A model generated the notes under the pieces. That model was not told the origin of the DNA, made no database searches, and saw only the letters and a list, made by a program, of their open reading frames with translations. A program made the position numbers and the translations under genes. A stretch of DNA of 64,000 nucleotides, taken from Candidatus Hydrogenedentota bacterium. Its GTDB lineage: Bacteria; Hydrogenedentota; Hydrogenedentia; Hydrogenedentales; SLHB01. The stretch covers positions 32,001 through 96,000 of the forward strand of contig CAXXTH010000023.1 of the NCBI GenBank assembly GCA_963668025.2. Reading direction: 5' to 3'. Every line of letters starts with the position of its first letter. Position 1 is the stretch's first letter. Shown here piece by piece: positions 26,916 to 42,366 of the stretch.

Positions 26916-29568
26916 CGCAATCCACACTCGCCCAAAGAAAGCCCGCCGCCGCGTTTTCTACTTGTTGGCGGGAGTGGTGGCGCTCTGCGCTTCCTTGCTT
27001 TACACGGGATTACCCCAGCGCAAAGCGTTGGAATGGGCCGCCGCCTGGGCCTTGGGAGCACAGCTTCGCACCACAGGCCTTCAATTTCTAGGCGGCCTGC
27101 GCGCCCAGGAGATTACATTCGGCCAGCCGGACGCCGAACCGCCCGTGGCGCGCATCGAAAATGCGCAGGCCGGCTACACGTTGTTTTCTGGCCAGCACCG
27201 CTTTATCACCAATGTCCGCACGGGCCCCATCTCCATCACCTTCCAAAACTCGAGCTCCGGCGGCGCAAACTACGATTTCTTGCAAACCTTTCTCGACAAG
27301 CCACGCGCATCGGAAAAGGGCGCTTCGCTGGCATTTATTCCACGGCAATGGGATGCAGGCCCCGTTTCCTTTTCCGCCTCCATGTCGGACTGGGGGCTCG
27401 AACTCTCCGGCCTGCAACTCTCTGGGGAAGCGCCTGATGAAGGCCCGCTCCGCGTGCAGTTTGACGGAGAGCATCTTGCCGGGCGCGGGTGGACGGCGCG
27501 CATCACCGGCGCGGATGCGGCCTTCACGGATGGCTCGGCCCACATTACCGCCGTTTATGGGGATGGCGGATTCACTCTCGATCCTTGTTATGTAAATCTG
27601 CCAGGGCTCGCCGATGCAAGCGTCGTGGGGCGTATCCGCCAGCAAGATGAAAACATGCGCATCGAATTCGATATTGACCGGATAGATGGCCATGGGCCTT
27701 ATCTGGCGGGCCTGCTGTCGCCTATTCTCGGTGCGCCCGTGTTGTTCGACGGCTTGCATATCGATGACACGCAGGTTTTCGGTTCCTACGGCCCAAGCGG
27801 CCTGCATGGCCTTTATGTCAATACCAATGTTTCCATTCAGAACATCCTCCTCGGCCCGCCCCAAGCGCCCTGGTTCAAGGGTGCGCTGGGATTGAATGGG
27901 CGCATCGAGGACAAGGGCGGCGCATTGAAGGCGGTCCTGAATCAAAGCCCGCCCATCCGTATCACCCTCGAGGGCGCACTCCCGGAGGCCGTGCTGAAGG
28001 CCCAATTTGCGGGCTGGACGCAGAAAGATTTGGCAATGCTATTGCCTGAATCGTTGCGCACAACACTCGATCCCGGCCCGGATGCGCGTATTCAGGCGTC
28101 GGCCAGCGTTGCATTGGAGAAAGATGCAGCTATGGTGGCCGTTGAGGCGGCCTGTGCGCAGGCCGCGCTCATGGGCCATCCTTTGCCTGGAAACGGTGCA
28201 ATTTTACTCAAAGGAGCGCTCCAGTGTGATGATGGATTCACGAAAATAATGCTTGAAAACCTCCAGCTCGATTGGCCCAACGCCCAATTGCAGCTTGCGG
28301 GCGGGCCGCTCGAGCGAAATCCCATTCGGTTCAACAGCCCATTTACGGCCTCATTCGATGTGTCGGCGCTCCCGGAAGGCTTGCTCGGATATCCGGTGCG
28401 CGGCGCGGCGGACATCACGGGGCAGGCTGAACTCGCCGCTTCTCACATCGGCATACGGCTCGACGCCGCCGTTTCGGGGCTGGGATATGGCGCTTTCGAC
28501 GCCTCGGTGTATTTCCCCTCGGTGAAGCTCGACGTCGCCATGCGCTATCAGCCTGGAAGCGGAATCGATATCCAGGCGCTCCATGCCGCCTGGGATGCCA
28601 GCGAAGGCATCCAGGCGAAGCCCTTCCGCGTTTCCCTGTCCCCTCTGGCATGGGACGCGCCTTTCACGCTGCAATCCGGCTGGACGCCGCTCGCCAATAG
28701 CCTGCCCATGGAAATCACTGGCGGCGGGCTTCAGGGCGCGGGTGCGTGCAGGAAAGACGGAGCGGGAACACGAATCGAGTTTGATGCACTGCGCGCCCAA
28801 TGGGACGCGTGCAGCTATGACAAAGGCGTCGTTCGCATGGGAAGTTTCGACGCCATGGCGAGCGAGCCGGTTACGTTCGTTCCGGCTATTGCTGGAAGCG
28901 GAACCTTGACGCTCGCCAGCGCCACGGCGGCCAAGGCCACCCTCAGCCAATTGCAGGGAACGTGGCGGTGCGATGCGGCGGGCATCGCATTCGAGGGCCT
29001 AAGCGCTATGCTTTTCAACGGCTCCGTATCCCTGGACGGCCGCATCGGCCTTCTCGAAGCCGGGCGTCCGGGCCGCATGCAGGCCACCTTCAAAGCCCTC
29101 GACCTCGCCCGTTTTACCCAGGAAGTGCAGCCGTCAGGCGTTAAGCTTGAAGGTTTGGCGGACGGGGACGCCTTGGCGGCATGGACTATGGAAGGGTTTC
29201 AAACCCTTGAACTTCATTTAATGGCTCCACAAGGCATCCGAGTTAACCGGGAGTTCCTCGAATGGCTGCTCATGTCCCAATATATGGCCAGCGAGAGTAT
29301 ATCGGACCGCACCATCCGAGCCGTGCGTGAAAGCGTTCTCGGCGGCGATGTCATGCGGCCTTTCGTGTATGCGGAAGCCCAGCTCAAACTTGAAGAGAAT
29401 GAATTTCGCGGCCCTCTTACCCTCAAGAGCGACGCCCTCTCGCTTACCATCGACCTCAGCATGGACCAAGCTTCTCTTTTGGATATTTTCGAGATTGGAA
29501 AACTGGGCGCCAGTTCCGATGATACAAATGTCCAATGGAACAACGGGGCCGGGGAAGCGCCTCAATAG
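26908..29568 (+). CDS. Membrane-anchored AsmA/YdbH-like beta-rich periplasmic protein; apparent ACG start at 26908, otherwise TTG at 26962
   Basis: Basic N-terminus then a TM helix, long beta-strand-rich body, LFNGSV.LDG...LDLARF segment. Confidence 0.65.
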   Translation, partial: TANAIHTRPKKARRRVFYLLAGVVALCASLLYTGLPQRKALEWAAAWALGAQLRTTGLQFLGGLRAQEITFGQPDAEPPVARIENAQAGYTLFSGQHRFITNVRTGPISITFQNSSSGGANYDFLQTFLDKPRASEKGASLAFIPRQWDAGPVSFSASMSDWGLELSGLQLSGEAPDEGPLRVQFDGEHLAGRGWTARITGADAAFTDGSAHITAVYGDGGFTLDPCYVNLPGLADASVVGRIRQQDENMRIEFDIDRIDGHGPYLAGLLSPILGAPVLFDGLHIDDTQVFGSYGPSGLHGLYVNTNVSIQNILLGPPQAPWFKGALGLNGRIEDKGGALKAVLNQSPPIRITLEGALPEAVLKAQFAGWTQKDLAMLLPESLRTTLDPGPDARIQASASVALEKDAAMVAVEAACAQAALMGHPLPGNGAILLKGALQCDDGFTKIMLENLQLDWPNAQLQLAGGPLERNPIRFNSPFTASFDVSALPEGLLGYPVRGAADITGQAELAASHIGIRLDAAVSGLGYGAFDASVYFPSVKLDVAMRYQPGSGIDIQALHAAWDASEGIQAKPFRVSLSPLAWDAPFTLQSGWTPLANSLPMEITGGGLQGAGACRKDGAGTRIEFDALRAQWDACSYDKGVVRMGSFDAMASEPVTFVPAIAGSGTLTLASATAAKATLSQLQGTWRCDAAGIAFEGLSAMLFNGSVSLDGRIGLLEAGRPGRMQATFKALDLARFTQEVQPSGVKLEGLADGDALAAWTMEGFQTLELHLMAPQGIRVNREFLEWLLMSQYMASESISDRTIRAVRESVLGGDVMRPFVYAEAQLKLEENEFRGPLTLKSDALSLTIDLSMDQASLLDIFEIGKLGASSDDTNVQWNNGAGEAPQ

Positions 29569-29814
29569 GCATGGCGCCATTTTAAAGCATATGCGCCATG
29601 CATCCTGGCGGATGCGAAAAAATGGCGTTTTGGCCCAAAATAGCCCTGTTTCTACTATGCTGCATGCCGTGTTCGCCGCTTTGGACACGGGCATATATAT
29701 CCGTATACAATCCGGCTGGAGACTGCGTCCATTTTCCTTATGGGCGCCAGCGGCGCAGCTTCACACGGCGTTGAGAATGGGTGTCCGGTGCTGGCGCGCC
29801 AGGGAGAATACTCA

Positions 29815-31125
29815 ATGTCTGCAGCGGTTTTACGGGGCCTTGATCAGCGCAGTTCGGAGCAAGTTGTAGCAATTATCCTCGGCGGCGGCCGCGGCACTCG
29901 CCTGTTTCCCCTCACGCGGGAACGCGCCAAACCCGCCGTGCCGCTTGGCGGCCGTTATCGCCTTGTCGATATCCCCCTGAGCAACTGCATCAACTCGGGC
30001 ATTAACCGCATTTTTGTGCTGACCCAATTTAATAGCCGCTCTCTTCACCGGCATATTAATGAAACGTACAAGTTTGATGTGTTCTCGCGCGGCTTTGTCG
30101 AGGTGCTCGCTGCAGAACAAACGATGACCAGCGGCGATTGGTTCCAGGGCACTGCCGATGCTATCCGTCAAAACCTATGGCACCTGCGGAGCGCTGATTG
30201 CGACCATTATCTTATTCTTTCCGGCGACCACCTCTATCGCATGGATTACCGCGATTTTTTTCTGCGCCACATCGATACCGGGGCCGACATTTCGGTCTCC
30301 ACCATTCCGGTAACGCGCGAAGCGGCCAAGGGATTTGGCATCATGAAGGTGGAGCCCAATGGCCTCATATCGGAATTTGTCGAGAAGCCCCAAACCGATG
30401 AAGAACTGGAACACTTGAAGATGCCGCCGCAAGTCATGGCGGATTTTGGCCATGAGGCCCATGACGGGCGTGAATATCTTGCTTCCATGGGTGTTTATCT
30501 CTTCCGCCGTGAGGTGTTGAAGAAGCTCTTGGAAGAGCGCCGCGAATGGATCGATTTCGGCAAGCATGTCATTCCGGAATCCCTTGCCACGCACCGCGTG
30601 CATACGTACCTGTTTAATGGCTTTTGGGAAGACATCGGTACGGTGCAATCGTTCTACGACGTATCCATGCGGCTTCTCGAAGCCGATCCGCCGTTTCGTT
30701 TCCTCGAACCGGGCAAGCCGATCTATTCGAGGCCGCGTTATCTCCCCGGTTCAACGGTCGGTGACGCATCGATCTCCGCATCCCTTATTTGCGAAGGCTC
30801 CAACATCGAAGGCGCTCATATCGAGCACTCCATTATCGGTATTCGTTCCATCATCGGCTCTGGCGTCCATATCAAAGACAGCATCATGATGGGTGCGGAC
30901 TTCTACGGCGACAGCCATCCAGAAGGCAATATACCCATCGGCATCGCGAATAATTGCGTCATCGAGCATGCCATCGTGGATAAAAATGCTTGCATAGGCG
31001 AGGGATGCATCATTCGAGGCCGGGAAGGCCTGCCCCGCGTGGTTGAGGATAATTACGCCATCATCGACGGCATTGTGATTATCCTCAAAAACGCCTCGAT
31101 ACCTCCGGGGACGGTGATTGGATAG
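29815..31125 (+). CDS. glgC: Glucose-1-phosphate adenylyltransferase
   Basis: [42 protein letters not shown]. Confidence 0.97.
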   Translation: MSAAVLRGLDQRSSEQVVAIILGGGRGTRLFPLTRERAKPAVPLGGRYRLVDIPLSNCINSGINRIFVLTQFNSRSLHRHINETYKFDVFSRGFVEVLAAEQTMTSGDWFQGTADAIRQNLWHLRSADCDHYLILSGDHLYRMDYRDFFLRHIDTGADISVSTIPVTREAAKGFGIMKVEPNGLISEFVEKPQTDEELEHLKMPPQVMADFGHEAHDGREYLASMGVYLFRREVLKKLLEERREWIDFGKHVIPESLATHRVHTYLFNGFWEDIGTVQSFYDVSMRLLEADPPFRFLEPGKPIYSRPRYLPGSTVGDASISASLICEGSNIEGAHIEHSIIGIRSIIGSGVHIKDSIMMGADFYGDSHPEGNIPIGIANNCVIEHAIVDKNACIGEGCIIRGREGLPRVVEDNYAIIDGIVIILKNASIPPGTVIG

Positions 31126-31132
31126 TGGGTGC

Positions 31133-31179
31133 GTGGCATGGGCGTCCCGTCCAAGCGGGACGCCATTCCATGCCGCCAC
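31133..31179. repeat. REP-like hairpin between convergent genes (possible terminator)
   Basis: GGCATGG-GCGTCCCG...CGGGACGC-CATTCCATGCC. Confidence 0.55.
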
Positions 31180-31185
31180 AACGGT

Positions 31186-33912
31186 TTATCCGGCGGCCTT
31201 GCGCATCTCGACGATCAACCGGGCGATTTCATCCCGTTTGGATTCGAGTAATTTGGGGTCGCGCGGGTACGAGACTAGGTCGGGCACAAGGGCCTTTATG
31301 CCTGCAGCCGTGCCAATGGCGCGGGTGAGTTCGGGCGCGTCCGGTTTAGTTTTGGCGAGTTTGCGCATGATTTCCTGAAACGCCACAAGGTAATCCACGT
31401 CCTCGATGCCATCGCGAATGATCTCCCATCGAATCGAATTGACGGGTCCGTTTTTGCCGGGATACACCAGGAAGCCGTTTCCATTCACGGGAGTGACATC
31501 GAGCTGGCTGCGGTAGGGGTCCACGCCCGGTGCGCTGGCGTTGATGTTGTTGTAATGGAAGCCTTTGACGCCGAGCGCCCAGGTTTGCCAGAACAAAATG
31601 CGGTGCTCGATACCCGCGAGGTCGATAAAAAAGTTGCCGTAAGGCCTGGCGGGCTCGTGGTTGACGAACCACCATACTTCGCCGCCCGATTGGATGCGTT
31701 CGAGGACAGGTTTGTTGTTGATGGTGTCCATAACGGGCAGATGGATGGCCCAGACGCCCATGGATTCGGGCAGGAAGGGGCTGAGGCCGTAGGTGGTGGC
31801 CATGATGGGGATATTCGGCGCAGTGGCGGCCCATTGCTGCATGCCCTCGAAGAGGCGCGGCCAGGCGGGCCGTGGGGGCATGTCCGCGATGGGGCAAAAG
31901 GCGATGGATTCGAGTTGTTGAGCGGCCACGAAGTCATTGGCCTGTTTGAGTTGTTCGGGGGCATCCAGGAGTGATGGCGGCACGGCGATAGTGGTTGCGC
32001 CCTCGTCGAGCAGCGGCTTGAGCTGGCGGCGGAAGGCCTCGAGGCTGGCCGCATAGTCGGCGCTTTCGGCGGGAAGCTGGGCGGCTTGCCGCAAGGTGAT
32101 GCGATGCTCGAAGGCGTTGCGGCGGTATAAGCGGTCCAGTTCATCCTGGCCTAATGCGCAGCCATGCGCCGTGCATGTATCGAGGGCGAGGCTGCTCGAG
32201 TAACCGAAATCGGTTCTAAGGGCGGGCCGCGCGGGCAGATCGAAATCGTATACCTCCACTTCGACGCCCAATTCCGTGTCCGGCATGCCCTCGCTACGGA
32301 CTAGGATAGAACCACGATAGATGCCCGCCGCGATGCCGGGACGGGCAAAAATGGTGAACCAGATGGGTGTGGCCGTTCCAGCAGGCGCATCGAAAGAAGC
32401 GAGCGGCGGCAATGCGTCCGGGTATAGGCCGGTGGGGGTCTCGAAATCGGAGGGAATTTCCACAGGGTAATAGGCCACGCGCGATACTTGGATGTCGGAC
32501 GCTGGAATCGAGGAAGCGCCTCCCGCTTGGGTCAGCGCGCTGGCCGAAACCGTAGCTCCGCGCAATGCCTGGCTTTCACCGGGTCGGATGACAAGCTGGA
32601 ATGATTCGCGTTCATTGCGCGCTAGGCGGACCTGCACCGTGGGTTCGAGGGCGCCAGCAGATTGGACGTTGTCTTCCGGGAAGATTTTTTCGAGGGAGGA
32701 TTCAAACCAGAAGGCGGTTCCGTTATTAGATGCGGCCAGCGTGCGTTCGAGGACGCGGGGGCCGCGTTCGAGTTTGAAGGGGGCGTCCGTCCAGGGTTCG
32801 AACGCCACGGCGCGCGGCGCGCCAATAGTAAGTTGAGTATCCATGCCGCCATGGGGCGGCGCAAAACCTTTGCCGAGTTCGATGGCTTGCCCGCCTTGTT
32901 TAAGAAGCGCCAGCAATTCATACGTGCCGTCTCCCGAGGGCGTCCAGTCATAGGTGCAGCGCACGAGGGTGTTCGGGTCGAGGTCGAACGCCTTTCCATC
33001 CAGCGTCCATACGCGGTCATTCGAGGCGCGCACGCGGGCATCGAGGGTGAGGCCGGAGGCGGGCGAGACTCCCGCGAGCAAAATGGCTAGTTTGCCATCG
33101 GCATAATCGGCTTGCGCCGCGAATTTATCCGTGGCGAAGTCCACGTGGGAAAGGCCGCGCACGACGGAAATACGGTAGGTGGTTTCCCATGTAGCGCCTT
33201 TTTTGAGCAGCACGGGCACGAAGGCGGCCTGGAATCCGCACACGGGCGCGTCGCTGATGCCGCGTTCAGGGCCTTGTGCGCCGTGGATGGCCAGGAACGC
33301 ATATATCTGTTCCGCATTAAACACGCCGCATACGGATTCCTTGGCCGTGGGATCCGTCACGGCCGCCCAATTGCGCGCGGCGGAGAAATAGGCGCTTTGG
33401 TCCGTATGGAGCAAGCCGCCGCGAGAAGGAATATCAATGCGGTCGTTGGGATCATAACCGCCGCCGGGGGCCAATTCGTTTCGCACCCATGGGGCCGCCC
33501 ATTGATCTTCCGCGCCCTGGTTCTCGACTTTCCACGTGACCTGAATCGCCGCTTCATGAATGAGCGGCTCCATTGTGCGCGTGACGTGCAGGCCCTTGAT
33601 GTTCGGGCCATCGCAATCATAGGTGAGCTGGAGCATGGGCCGGCCGTCCACGTTGTCCAACACTTCGAGTTTTTCATTCAGGCGGCGGTTGGGCACATAG
33701 AAGCTGCCGACGCCGAATCCTTCTTGAAGCAGCCCGCCCGCCCCCGCCACATCATGGTTCGTGGCGAGCAGGTGAAGCTCATTGATAACGCCTGCTTCGG
33801 ATGGAGTCATCACTAGGCGCAGGTAATCGCCCTGGATGTCCACGCCGTCGGGTCCTACCGGAACGCCCAAGACGGAGGCGGAAAAGATGATCGCGGCCAG
33901 CATGCTGAACAT
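31186..33912 (-). CDS. Secreted DUF4091/GH123-like glycoside-hydrolase-domain protein
   Basis: Signal peptide after GAGGAG RBS; ARNERESFQL, YPDALP, GNGFLVYPG..GPV.SIRWE..RDGIED. Confidence 0.8.
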   Translation of the reverse strand: MFSMLAAIIFSASVLGVPVGPDGVDIQGDYLRLVMTPSEAGVINELHLLATNHDVAGAGGLLQEGFGVGSFYVPNRRLNEKLEVLDNVDGRPMLQLTYDCDGPNIKGLHVTRTMEPLIHEAAIQVTWKVENQGAEDQWAAPWVRNELAPGGGYDPNDRIDIPSRGGLLHTDQSAYFSAARNWAAVTDPTAKESVCGVFNAEQIYAFLAIHGAQGPERGISDAPVCGFQAAFVPVLLKKGATWETTYRISVVRGLSHVDFATDKFAAQADYADGKLAILLAGVSPASGLTLDARVRASNDRVWTLDGKAFDLDPNTLVRCTYDWTPSGDGTYELLALLKQGGQAIELGKGFAPPHGGMDTQLTIGAPRAVAFEPWTDAPFKLERGPRVLERTLAASNNGTAFWFESSLEKIFPEDNVQSAGALEPTVQVRLARNERESFQLVIRPGESQALRGATVSASALTQAGGASSIPASDIQVSRVAYYPVEIPSDFETPTGLYPDALPPLASFDAPAGTATPIWFTIFARPGIAAGIYRGSILVRSEGMPDTELGVEVEVYDFDLPARPALRTDFGYSSSLALDTCTAHGCALGQDELDRLYRRNAFEHRITLRQAAQLPAESADYAASLEAFRRQLKPLLDEGATTIAVPPSLLDAPEQLKQANDFVAAQQLESIAFCPIADMPPRPAWPRLFEGMQQWAATAPNIPIMATTYGLSPFLPESMGVWAIHLPVMDTINNKPVLERIQSGGEVWWFVNHEPARPYGNFFIDLAGIEHRILFWQTWALGVKGFHYNNINASAPGVDPYRSQLDVTPVNGNGFLVYPGKNGPVNSIRWEIIRDGIEDVDYLVAFQEIMRKLAKTKPDAPELTRAIGTAAGIKALVPDLVSYPRDPKLLESKRDEIARLIVEMRKAAG

Positions 33913-34539
33913 AAAAGAACTCCTCTTTTTCCATAGTGCAAGGGGTGATTGTAGCATGGCATGGGAATGCGCCGCGACGATCTGAAACCAACATCGAGAA
34001 TGCCCTATATACGATGGCTCTTCATCGGGCTTCTTCGTGTCTTGACAGTTTTTCTTCACATAGAAACTGAGACAAAAAGATATAGCAACTTCGTAAAACT
34101 TTAGCCTTGCGTTGAATATGACTCAACTCAACCAAGAAGGTAAATCTCCGAGCAGGGCGTTTTTTTAGCCATGATTTTCAAGTTGAAACAGTTTTTTTGT
34201 AACACGTTGGCCAAGTGGTGAAGAATGACCGGCGCGGACGCCGGTCGTCAGATGCAAAATGATGTATCAAGGACGGCGAAAAGAAATAACAAGGCTGCCA
34301 AATACAAGATGCTACTTCAGTCGGCTAAACTATTACGCAAATTAAAACTGCTTTGGGATTTTGTTTGATAAAACGGCATTTGGCACTCTAAGTTTTACTA
34401 TTGTATATCGGCTTGCTGAAGGGGAAGCGTCTTATGTTTGTACGAAAAATTAATTGCACGTGGTTCATTGCTTATGTAATGCTGGCTGCAATGCGTCATT
34501 ATAATCAATATTGGCCTAAACAATAGAGGGGAGAGTCTC

Positions 34540-35241
34540 ATGGGCGCACAAAGTTATAGCTTCCGTCATTTTGATTTGGAAGGGGCCATTGGCTGCCTGA
34601 AACAGTTAGGTTTGCAAGACATGGAATTCTGCGGGGTGCATTTCCCGGCGAATAGGGAGGATCCAGGATTCGAAAACGTCAAGCGTATTCTCGCCGCACA
34701 TGGCGTTCGCGTTCCGGTGTATGGCGTGGTAGGTTTTGGCGGAGACGCCAGCGCAAACCGCGCCAAATTTGAATTCGCACAGGCGCTGGGGATTGGCGTT
34801 CTTTCGGCGGACCCAGCTCCCGAGTCGTTTGATTCGCTGGAAAAGTTATGTGAGGAGTTCCAGGTCCGCATTGCGATACACAATCACGGCCCTGGTGCGC
34901 GTTATGACAAAGTGGCCGATACGCTCGCAGCGGTGCAAGGGCGCACGCCGCTCATCGGCGCATGTGTGGATACGGGCCATTCCATTCGTTCAGGGGAGAA
35001 GCCTCATGAGGTGATTCAGGAGCTGGGTTCTCGCGTGCTGGCGCTGCATTTAAAAGACTGGGCGGCAGGCGGAGAAGAGCAGCGGCTTGGAGAAGGCGAT
35101 ATGGAGCTGGCGGCCGTGGCGCATGCGTTGCGCGATATACAATATGAAGGGCCTATTGTCATGGAGTATGAGCTGGAACCGGAGAATCCCGTGCCTGGCA
35201 TGCAAGCGGGATGGAATCGCTGGCGGGAGGTGTGGCGGTAG
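34540..35241 (+). CDS. Sugar phosphate isomerase/epimerase (xylose isomerase-like TIM barrel)
   Basis: GAQSYSFR, IAIHNHG, CVDTGH, HLKD, MEYE. Confidence 0.9.
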   Translation: MGAQSYSFRHFDLEGAIGCLKQLGLQDMEFCGVHFPANREDPGFENVKRILAAHGVRVPVYGVVGFGGDASANRAKFEFAQALGIGVLSADPAPESFDSLEKLCEEFQVRIAIHNHGPGARYDKVADTLAAVQGRTPLIGACVDTGHSIRSGEKPHEVIQELGSRVLALHLKDWAAGGEEQRLGEGDMELAAVAHALRDIQYEGPIVMEYELEPENPVPGMQAGWNRWREVWR

Positions 35242-35303
35242 AGGAGCGCTGGTTGAGCAAGCTTGATGGCGGGATATGGCCGGATTTTTTTTCGAGAAAA
35301 ATG

Positions 35304-35820
35304 TTGACAAGCGCTTCTGCGGCTGCTATAGTCCCGCCTCGCTCAACGCACTGCGGTGCGGCAGGCGCTCCAAGGTGGAACGCCCGGGTGAAGGGAAGTT
35401 AGCGGTGAAGTTCACCCCTCCTAAGAAAAGGGTTGACAAACGAACTTGAAACTGCTAAACTCGCCCCTCGCTCGAAGCACTACGGTGCGGCAGGCGCTCC
35501 AAGGTGGAGCGCTAGAGTGAAGGGAAGTTAGCGGTGCGGTTCACCCCTCCTAAAAAAAGGGTTGACAAGTGAACTTGAAGCTGCTACACTCGCCCCTCGC
35601 TCGAAGCACTACGGTGCGGCAGGCGCTTCAAGGTGGAGCGCTAGAGTGAAGGGAAGTTAGTGGTGCGGTTCACCCCTCCTAAAAAAAGGGTTGACAAACG
35701 AACTTAAAGCTGCTACACTCACCCCTCGCTCGAAGCACAACGGTGCTGGCGGCGCTTCAAGGTGGAGCGCTAAGGCGGGCGGGCAAGGCCACGAGGGCTG
35801 AGCGCCTCGAAAGAAAGGGG
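35304..35820 (+). repeat. ~129-bp tandem repeat, about 4 units
   Basis: Repeated CCTCGCTCGAAGCACTACGGTGCGGCAGGCGCTCCAAGGTGGAGCGC...GTGAAGGGAAGTTAG...TTCACCCCTCCTAA. Confidence 0.92.
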
Positions 35821-35849
35821 TTGACAAACTCCTATTCGTATGGTAACAT
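35304..35849 (+). promoter_or_regulatory. Five tandem sigma70 promoters of the rRNA operon
   Basis: TTGACA at 35304, 35433, 35562, 35691, 35821, each 17 bp from a TGn-extended -10 (TATAGT, TAAACT, TACACT, TACACT, TAACAT). Confidence 0.9.
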
Positions 35850-36008
35850 ACGCTTTCGGGTGGCAGTCACGAACGGCGGCCCTCCTGAGGACGAGTTGGT
35901 TCTCAAAGCAGTACGAATTGAGTCGCCTTCAGGCGTGTGCCTAAGGCTCACGCTAAGTGTGAGGCGGCTTCTTTGTCCGTGCCGGTAGGTAGGACAAGGG
36001 TGGCGAAC

Positions 36009-36019
36009 GCTCTTTGAAA
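36009..36019 (+). promoter_or_regulatory. boxA-like antitermination site of the rrn leader
   Basis: GCTCTTTGAAA; second copy GATCTTTTACA in the spacer near 38153. Confidence 0.65.
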
Positions 36020-36214
36020 GTTGAATACGGTGCATGCCTGTTACGGACATGATGGGTCCGGCATGGGGCGAAGGCTTAGGCCTTTACTCTGTGCTAAAAC
36101 ATCAAAATAAGAGGTGCTTGAGTCACATCAAGCAAACCTCGTCAATGATTTCTATCAGGAAATCAGACTCACTTATGACAAGCCATTCGCCATGTGCGGT
36201 GGATTGTTAGAATT

Positions 36215-37758
<1,544 letters not shown>

Positions 37759-37879
37759 GGGAGTATTCCAACGGCAGAGCCCGCAAGGGCTTCTCGCCTA
37801 GGTCGATACCCAAATAGCCGTTAAGGTGTGCACCGTATTCAGCGTTCAAGGGGCGGACGGCCCTAACGCGCTCAGGCGT

Positions 37880-37956
<77 letters not shown>

Positions 37957-37991
37957 CCCCGGACAATGAAACGCAGCGATGTGTTTCTCGG

Positions 37992-38067
37992 GGGGATGTA
38001 GCTCAGTTGGGAGAGCGCGGGCTTTGCAAGCCTGAGGTCGTCGGTTCGATCCCGATCATCTCCACCA
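37992..38067 (+). tRNA. tRNA-Ala(TGC)
   Basis: Cloverleaf, TTTGCAA loop, G3:U70 pair, encoded CCA. Confidence 0.97.
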
Positions 38068-38265
38068 AAAGAGTGGAATCGCTTTGGCCGCTAAGGCCTG
38101 GAACGCAATGAGTTTTCGCCGCTGCGGCGGCGGGCGTGGGACATCACGCTTAGATCTTTTACAGTTGAATGTTAGGGTTGTCCTAGCGACACCGGGTAAA
38201 TGAGTACCCGAGAGAACATACTCGATGTACATTACCTGGCATGAATAATGTCAGAATTGGTTTTT

Positions 38266-41270
<3,005 letters not shown>

Positions 41271-41361
41271 TAATAGCACTAATTTACAGTGCGTCGAGAA
41301 ATTCACCCGGGTGCGAAGCGCCCGGTGTCGCTAGGACACCCTAACATTCACTGTGCAAGTT

Positions 41362-41480
<119 letters not shown>

Positions 41481-41487
41481 CTAAACT

Positions 41488-41530
41488 AAAGCCCCTCAGG
41501 CTCTTCGGAGTTTGAGGGGCTTTTTGTTTG
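41488..41530 (+). terminator. rRNA operon terminator
   Basis: AAAGCCCCTCAGGCTC-TTCG-GAGTTTGAGGGGCTTTTTGTTT. Confidence 0.9.
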
Positions 41531-41557
41531 TTGCATGGGGAAAGAGAGGGCAAGCCA

Positions 41558-42298
41558 GTGTCCAACGAAGGCGAAGAGCGCGTTTCCAAATTGCTCGCCG
41601 CGCGCGGGATCTGTTCGCGGCGGGAGGCCGACTCGTATATCGAGCGCGGGTGGGTCCGATTCGCAAACGGCGGTTTGGTTATGCTCGGCATGAGGGCTGC
41701 TCCCAATGCGGAGTTTATTCTCGATCCCCGTGCGCAAACCGCCCAGGCGGAGCGTGTTACGATACTTTTAAACAAGCCCGTAGGGTACGTCTCCGGCCAG
41801 CCGGAGCCTGGCTATGAACCGGCGGTATCCATCATCACCCATGAGCGTCATTTTGCCGCGGATCAATCGAAGCGCCTTTTTCTACCCTCCCATCTGCGCG
41901 GACTAGCTCCCGCAGGCCGTTTGGATATCGATTCTTATGGCCTCTTGGTTTTCACACAAGATGGAACTATCGCCCGGAAGATCATTGGAGAAGACTCCGG
42001 AATGGAAAAAGAATATCTCATTAAGATTGATGGGGAATTATCCGAAGAGAAGCTCCGTCTTCTAAATCATGGGTTGATTCTGGATGGCGAGCCGCTCAAA
42101 CAGGCGGATGTCCATTGGGCTAATCCGGGACAGCTTAGGTTTGTCTTGAGGCAAGGGAAAAAGCGGCAAATTCGGCGCATGTGTGAACTTGTAGGCGTGC
42201 GGGTGGTAGCGCTGAAGCGGGTGCGCATTGGCCAGGTGCGCCTGGGCAATCTGCCTTTAGGTTTTTGGCGCTATCTGGCTGAGGATGAATCTTTTTGA
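41558..42298 (+). CDS. rRNA pseudouridine synthase (RluF/RluB/RsuA family)
   Basis: S4 domain [33 protein letters not shown]. Confidence 0.93.
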   Translation: MSNEGEERVSKLLAARGICSRREADSYIERGWVRFANGGLVMLGMRAAPNAEFILDPRAQTAQAERVTILLNKPVGYVSGQPEPGYEPAVSIITHERHFAADQSKRLFLPSHLRGLAPAGRLDIDSYGLLVFTQDGTIARKIIGEDSGMEKEYLIKIDGELSEEKLRLLNHGLILDGEPLKQADVHWANPGQLRFVLRQGKKRQIRRMCELVGVRVVALKRVRIGQVRLGNLPLGFWRYLAEDESF

Positions 42299-42308
42299 GG
42301 ACCAATAC

Positions 42309-42343
42309 AAAAGGCTCATCCGCTTTCGAGCGGATGAGCCTTT
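42309..42343. terminator. Bidirectional terminator
   Basis: AAAAGGCTCATCCGCT-TTCG-AGCGGATGAGCCTTT between convergent genes. Confidence 0.85.
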
Positions 42344-42366
42344 GAAGATTATATCGGGCAGAAAAC

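Noticed and set aside
33913-34539. Riboswitch or ncRNA in the long AT-rich intergenic region
   Set aside because: Only one small hairpin (near 34227-34246); no riboswitch consensus that I can recognise; an Rfam scan would be needed
35304-35820. CRISPR array
   Set aside because: Units are ~129 bp and similar along their whole length, with no unique spacers and no cas genes; each contains a promoter
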